Assembly: GCA_965203515.1 (NCBI GenBank)
Contig: OZ241907.1
Location: 1,120,001-1,184,000, forward strand
Source of the DNA: Spirochaetia bacterium
GTDB taxonomy: Bacteria > Spirochaetota > Spirochaetia > SZUA-6 > Bin103
Reading direction: 5' to 3'
DNA length: 64,000 nucleotides
In this document: in pieces, positions 59,036-64,000 of the stretch
Layout of the letters: each line of letters begins with the position of its first letter
Numbering within the stretch: the first letter of the stretch is position 1
Made by a program: the position numbers and the translations under genes
The notes under the pieces: generated by a model
Told to the model about the DNA's origin: nothing
Database searches by the model: none
Seen by the model: only the letters and a program-made list of their open reading frames with translations

Positions 59036-59962
59036 TTAGCGCCCGTAGCCGTCGGCGTTGCCCTTGCGCCAGTCCGGCACGTAGCCGCTCCCGGCGCCGT
59101 AGCCGTAGGAGGGCCGGAGCTGGTTGGGGGTCCGCCACGGCCATCCCTGACCGCCGATCACGCGGTACTCGTCCCCCTTGCCGGCCAGCCACGCGAACAT
59201 GTGGGCGACGTAGCGCGCCACGAAGTGGCCGCCGTAATCGGCCGTGCGCGGGTCGAAGTCGGCGTCGGCGCGCCAATCCCGCCGCGGCGGCGACGTCCGC
59301 CAGTAGTTGTACTTCAGCATACGGCGGCTGCCGGAGGCGACCGACGGCGCCCGGCGGTGCAGGATGCTCTGATGGTGGATGCCGATGGTGCCGGCCGGGC
59401 CGTCGCTCGACACGCCGCCCTCCGGCTCCCGGCCGCGGTCGAATCGGGCCAGATGGCTCCCCGGAACGATCTCCGTGGGCCCCAGCTCCACCGGCGTGTC
59501 CTGCGGAAAGTAGAAGACCTCCACGAAGTGGAGTTCCGGCCCGAACACGCAATCGGCGTCCTGGTGCCAATTGCCGGCCTGTTCGGGACACTCGACCCGA
59601 TGCAGACTCGCCAGGATCGGCAGGCCGACCACCGGACCGAGCAGCGACCGCATGATGCCGGCGATCCGGCGGTCCAGGAGCACGTGCTCGATGAACCAGT
59701 CCTCCAGGAAGATCGTGCTCGGTTCGTGGCTTCCGCGGATGCGGTCCATCTCCGCCTGCGTCATGCCGTCCGGGACGAAGCTCGGCTCGGCTGGCATCGC
59801 GCCGTCCAGCCAGTCGCACGCGCGCCGATTGATCTGGTCGGGGACTACCCCGCGCAGCAGCAGGCAGCCGTCGCGGCAGAACGCCAGCACCTGCGAGTCG
59901 GTCATCGTCGGCTCGCAGTCGAAGGTCCAGTCGTCGCGATCGAACCGCACCGTTCCGATCAC
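59036..59962 (-). CDS. PhyH-family Fe(II)/2-oxoglutarate dioxygenase
   Basis: FCRDGCL, WHQD, YFPQDTP.ELGPTEIVPGSH, ILHR. Confidence 0.85.
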   Translation of the reverse strand: MIGTVRFDRDDWTFDCEPTMTDSQVLAFCRDGCLLLRGVVPDQINRRACDWLDGAMPAEPSFVPDGMTQAEMDRIRGSHEPSTIFLEDWFIEHVLLDRRIAGIMRSLLGPVVGLPILASLHRVECPEQAGNWHQDADCVFGPELHFVEVFYFPQDTPVELGPTEIVPGSHLARFDRGREPEGGVSSDGPAGTIGIHHQSILHRRAPSVASGSRRMLKYNYWRTSPPRRDWRADADFDPRTADYGGHFVARYVAHMFAWLAGKGDEYRVIGGQGWPWRTPNQLRPSYGYGAGSGYVPDWRKGNADGYGR

Positions 59963-60557
59963 GGCTCAGGCTCCGGATCGGGCCAGGACGCCGGGCGCCA
60001 GATCGCCGATGGAGGCGCCCAGTTCGTCGTCGTCTTCCCGCGCGCGCCCTTGCCCGGCGGCCGCCGGCACCGGCGTGTCGTACTGGTAGTCCGGTTCGAC
60101 CTGCTGGCGCTTCCAGGTCGCGCGCATCTCCCGCCACGCCCCCGCCAGGGTGCGCGGCGTCGGCAGGTCGGCCGCGATCGTCCGGCTCAACTCGCGCAGG
60201 TTGTAGCACGGCACGCCGGCGTACATGTGGTGCTCCATGTGCCAGTTCATGCGCCAGTACAGAAAGGTGGACAGCGGGTCGAGCGTAATCGTGCGCACGC
60301 ACTTGCGGAATGAGGTGGTCCTGGTTGGTTGGACAGGTTGAGGGGCAGAATAAGGTGTACTCGGGTGGTTGCGCTACCCCCTCGGTCGCTTCGCTTGCGA
60401 ATGCGGCGGTAAGGCCGGGGTGCCGGGCGACGACCTCGATCCTGGGATGGCGGTCGCCACTCACACCCGCTCGCCTCGTAGACCGGCATCAGCGCGGTCA
60501 TCCGCCGCCTGTCTTGAATCAGCGGCCCTCCTGTCTGGTGACTTCGTCGGTCCATCG

Positions 60558-61439
60558 CTACGCCGCCTGCTCGCTGGCCGCCGGCGTGCCGTCGTAGCAC
60601 TGCGCCGGCGTGCGCCCGCCGAGCGCCGAGTGCGGCCGCTGCTCGTTGTAGAACGCCATCCACTGCCCGATCACCCGCCGCGCCGCCCTGCCGTCGGCCA
60701 ACTCGTGCAGGTAGACCGCCTCGTACTTCAACGACCGCCACAGCCGCTCGATGAACACGTTGTCCATGCATCGGCGGCGGCCATCCATCGAGCACCGGAT
60801 GCCGGCCGCCCGCAGCCGCTCGGTGAACGCCCGGCTCGTGAACTGCCTGCCCTGATCGGTGTTGAAGACCTGCGGCCGTCCGTACCGCCGCAGCGCCTCG
60901 TCGAGCGCCGCGAGGCAGAACGCGGTGTCCAGCGTGTTGCTCAGCCGCCACGCCAGCACCCGCCGGCTCGCCCAGTCCATGACTGCCACCAGGTACAGAT
61001 ATCCTTCCTGCACCGGGATGTAGGTGATGTCGGCGCACCACACGTGGTTCGCCCGCTCGATGCTCAGGCCGCGCAGCAGATACGGGTACACGCAGTGTTC
61101 GGGATGCGCCGTGCTGGTGCGCGGCTTGCGGTAGATCGCCTCCAGGCCGAGCAGATGCATCAGCCGGCGGACCCGGTGGCGGCCGACCGTCACTTCCTCC
61201 TGTTCGAGATGGCGCGCCATCTGGCGGCTGCCGTAGAACGGGTAGCACAGGTACAACTGGTCGATGCGGCGCATCAGCGCCAAGGTCTCGGCGCTGTGGC
61301 CCTGCGGCGCGTAGTACAGCGTCGAGCGACTCATCGCCAGCAGCCGGCACTGCCGGCTGACGCTCAGGTGTTGGTGGGCTCGATCGACCATCGTGCGCCG
61401 TTGGTCGCGGCTCAACGAGCGAGCCCGCGCGCTAAAAAA
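60558..61439 (-). CDS. IS3 transposase OrfB (DDE), reached by -1 frameshift
   Basis: WCADITY, MDWASR, NTDQG.QF, DNVFIERLWRSLKYE; slippery T-TTT-TTA at 61439-61433. Confidence 0.93.
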   Translation of the reverse strand, partial: FFSARARSLSRDQRRTMVDRAHQHLSVSRQCRLLAMSRSTLYYAPQGHSAETLALMRRIDQLYLCYPFYGSRQMARHLEQEEVTVGRHRVRRLMHLLGLEAIYRKPRTSTAHPEHCVYPYLLRGLSIERANHVWCADITYIPVQEGYLYLVAVMDWASRRVLAWRLSNTLDTAFCLAALDEALRRYGRPQVFNTDQGRQFTSRAFTERLRAAGIRCSMDGRRRCMDNVFIERLWRSLKYEAVYLHELADGRAARRVIGQWMAFYNEQRPHSALGGRTPAQCYDGTPAASEQAA

Positions 61440-61696
61440 TCGCGCTCCACGGTCAACTCGCCGATCTTGGCGTGCAGGTCGTGGATGATCGCTTCGTGAT
61501 CGTCCTGCCGGCGCTTGGCGCCGGTGGCGAACAGGTCGTGCAAGCCGTCGACGGCTTGCCGCTTCCAGTCGCTGACTTGGTTGGGATGCACCGCGTGATC
61601 GGCGGCGATCGCCTGAATCGTGCGGTCGCCGCTGAGCGCTTCGAGCGCCACGCGCGCTTTGAACTCGGCGGTGAATCGCCGCCGTTTCCTGGCCAT
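61412..61696 (-). CDS. IS3 transposase OrfA
   Basis: RRRFTAEFKARVALEAL HTH, VHPNQV..WK, LHAKIGELTVERDFL. Confidence 0.93.
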   Translation of the reverse strand: MARKRRRFTAEFKARVALEALSGDRTIQAIAADHAVHPNQVSDWKRQAVDGLHDLFATGAKRRQDDHEAIIHDLHAKIGELTVERDFLARGLAR

Positions 61697-62623
61697 CTGG
61701 TCGGCCCTCCTCAAGGCCTGGAGTACACCTTAGCAACCTGTCCAGTTTTCTAGGACCACCTCAGAAGTCGGCGACGTTGTCGCGCAGGCCGCAGTGCATC
61801 GGCGCGCCGACGAAGTACTTCCAGATGTTGCCGAAGAGATCGGGAAGCTCACCAGCACCGGCAGCAACCAGAGACCGGACGCGATCCCGGCGACGGTCAC
61901 CGTCGCGTGGAACAGCAGGGTGACGCGCGCCCAGCGCACCGACTTGCCGCGCTCCTCGGGATGCGCCTCATACAGGGCGCGGACCCACTCCTCGGAGTTC
62001 TGGCCGGTCGTTTCCGGGGAGCTCTCCACGCCGGGGCGAGGGAATGTCCCCAGCGCCGTGCCGGCGGTGCTGCGCAGCACCGGGATCAGCCCCTTGGACT
62101 CGAAGCCGCCGGTAATGCTGATCGTGCAGAGCTGCAGCAGGTACAGGAACCGCAGGGACGGGGTCTTGGGCAACACCAGCTCCCGGTCCCCGTCGGGATG
62201 CAGGGTATAGCGGTGATGGTAGGTGTGGCTGAGCGCGTAGTCGTGGAAGTTGAACCACGCCAGCAGGCCGTAGACGTGCAGAAACAGACGGTTGAGCCGC
62301 TTGGTACGGAACACGGTGCCGTGGTCGAGCTCGTGGCACGCGGAGCTGAAGAAGCTGGTGACCGCGCCGTGCAGCAACAACGCGAACGCGAACGCCACCC
62401 ACAGTCCCTGCGAGAACAGGTACCAGGTCAGCGCGCCGGTGCCGGCGGCGATCGCCAGGTGACCGACCGCCTGGAATGTTCCGCGCAGGTCGCTGCGCCG
62501 CATCAGCCGGCGCAGCACGGCCGGATCGATCGGGCTGCGGTACCACCGCACCCGCAGGGTGCGGCGCACCCGGGCGAGCGGCGGACGTACGCTGGACATC
62601 GGCGGGTCCTCCTTTGGCTGGCT

Positions 62624-63709
62624 TTAACCGGGCCGTAGCGCGGCCGGCGACGACGCGCACCACTCCCCCATGTGCCGGAACGCGGCGGCGTAGCGCTCGC
62701 CCGCCGCCACGCCGGCGGGCCGGCCGCTGGCGATGGAGTCGATGGCGGCGCTCAACAGGGCGAACACCTTGAGGTTGTTGCGGCCGCTGAACGACGGCTC
62801 CGGGCCGCCCGCCAGGTAGTCGCGCCAGGCGCCGTAGAACGTCTCCCACGGATCGACGGGTCCCAGGTCGGCGTCGATGGCGAGCGGCCGCAGCTTCTGC
62901 CCGCGCGGCGCGAACTCGTACTCCACGTCGTCGACGCTCATGTGGGTGCCGCGGCAGCGCAGCACCCCCTTGGTGCCCTCGATGCGCAGCTCGTAATGGT
63001 CGCTCTGCGAGGAGAACCCGCCGTGGTAGAGCACGTGCAACCCTGCGGAGCAGCGGATCAGGGCGTTGACCATGCAGGGGCCGGCGTAGACCGACCAGGA
63101 AGGCCGGAACCCGTCGCAGACGATGGTCTCCGGCACGTGGTCCGGGAAGAGCGCCATGAGGGTGTCGAAGTGGTGGCACGACATCTCGTAGAGCGCCGGC
63201 TGCGCCAGCGTCGTCAGGTTGAGCGCCCGGTGGCGCGGCTTCGAGTTGAGCAAGGTCACGCTCTCCGGCGTCCCGAGCCGGCCGCCGGCAAGGAAGCGGC
63301 GCACCGCCCGGTAGTGCCGGTTGTAGCGCACCTGCTGGCCGACCGACAGCGATCGCCCGGCCCGTTCGGCGCGCTCGACCAGCCGCACCGCCTCGGCGAA
63401 GTCGTTGGTGATCGGCTTGGCCACCAGCACGTCCAGCCCGGCGTCGATGCAGGCGGCGCATTGGCGGTAGTGCCATTCCGAAGGCGTATTGATGATCGCG
63501 ACGTCCGCCTGCGCCGCCCCCAGCGCGGCGTCGAGATCTCGAAACAGGCCGCTGTCCGGCAGGCCGAGCAGCGCCTGCCCCTGCGCCAACGCCTCGTCGC
63601 GCACGTCCACGATACCGACGATCTCCGCCCACGGCTGGCGCGCGACGGCCGGCGTCATCACCTTGGCGATGCCGCCCATGCCGACGGCGATGCAGCTCCG
63701 CACCGACAT
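62624..63709 (-). CDS. Gfo/Idh/MocA family oxidoreductase
   Basis: VGMGGIA, IINTPSEWH, VLVAKP, GQQVRY, EMSCHHFD, IEGTKG. Confidence 0.9.
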   Translation of the reverse strand: MSVRSCIAVGMGGIAKVMTPAVARQPWAEIVGIVDVRDEALAQGQALLGLPDSGLFRDLDAALGAAQADVAIINTPSEWHYRQCAACIDAGLDVLVAKPITNDFAEAVRLVERAERAGRSLSVGQQVRYNRHYRAVRRFLAGGRLGTPESVTLLNSKPRHRALNLTTLAQPALYEMSCHHFDTLMALFPDHVPETIVCDGFRPSWSVYAGPCMVNALIRCSAGLHVLYHGGFSSQSDHYELRIEGTKGVLRCRGTHMSVDDVEYEFAPRGQKLRPLAIDADLGPVDPWETFYGAWRDYLAGGPEPSFSGRNNLKVFALLSAAIDSIASGRPAGVAAGERYAAAFRHMGEWCASSPAALRPG

Positions 63710-63819
63710 GTCACGCTATCATGCCACGACCGCAGGAGACCGTAAACCCTGCGACCGCGGCGCGCGCCGCGTCCGGCCCGCCGGGCAGCGCCGGCGCGGC
63801 GGGCCGATGCCGCCGGCGA

Positions 63820-63848
63820 TTGACTGCCGTTTCGTCAGGGCGCATGAT
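63820..63848 (+). promoter_or_regulatory. Putative sigma70 promoter
   Basis: TTGACT-17 nt-CATGAT upstream of SD AAGGAG and ATG 63886. Confidence 0.5.
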
Positions 63849-63885
63849 CCGCAGCCATACACCGCCGTCGTTCAAGGAGAACATC

Positions 63886-64000
63886 ATGAAACATCGCATC
63901 GTTGCAGGCGCATGTCTGCTATTCCTGGCGCTTGCCGCGCCGGCGTGGGGCGCCGGGCAGGAGGAGGCCGGAGCGGGAACCACCACCGTCGAGTTCATCC
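63886..64000 (+). CDS. Start of an exported protein, probably an ABC solute-binding protein (3'-truncated)
   Basis: MKHRIVAGACLLFLALAAPAWGAGQEE signal peptide with strong SD; only 38 codons visible. Confidence 0.55.
   Translation, partial: MKHRIVAGACLLFLALAAPAWGAGQEEAGAGTTTVEFI

Larger units (their letters stand above)
60311..61763 (-). mobile_element. IS3-family insertion sequence, 1453 bp
   Basis: TG...CA ends, imperfect ~30-bp TIRs (TGAGGTGGTCCT..TGGACAGGTTG), 3-bp TSD GAA (60308-60310, 61764-61766), orfA and orfB. Confidence 0.96.
59966..62599 (-). pseudogene. Membrane fatty-acid-desaturase/MocD-like di-iron oxygenase, interrupted by IS3 and carrying a 1-nt frameshift (~61836)
   Basis: His boxes HELDH and HTYHH (5' part), HMEHH (3' part); removing the IS and one TSD restores MHCGLRDNVADF|RKCVRTI. 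Confidence 0.9.

Overview
High-GC bacterial chromosome segment, very likely a spirochaete. Evidence: the order tmk..tamB-bamA-skp..mutS-comF-rimP-nusA-infB-rbfA-truB-ribF-rpsO-pnp..lptFG-tgt-murJ (recalled from Borrelia/Treponema, not searched) and a ~915-aa long-form GreA. Positions 1-49.4 kb are a mostly plus-strand housekeeping block. A candidate Xer dif site sits at 49466-49493, where gene orientation switches. Positions 51.7-64 kb are accessory catabolic genes: hydroxyacid-oxoacid transhydrogenase, two Gfo/Idh/MocA oxidoreductases, three PhyH-family dioxygenases, an MFS transporter, tRNA-Thr(CGT), a class-IV aminotransferase, and a desaturase/MocD-like gene split by an intact IS3 element. 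Most notable non-standard observations: (1) a two-copy ~76-100 bp inverted-repeat element, one copy in the recA leader; (2) chains of stop/start-coupled mini-ORFs bridging three intra-operon gaps, associated with duplicated gene junctions; (3) exbB-exbD-tonB translationally coupled to tamB-bamA; (4) a 27% GC patch tiled by three inverted repeats; (5) three single-base-deletion frameshifts, one in infB, that may be assembly errors. All calls come from motif reading; no database search was run.
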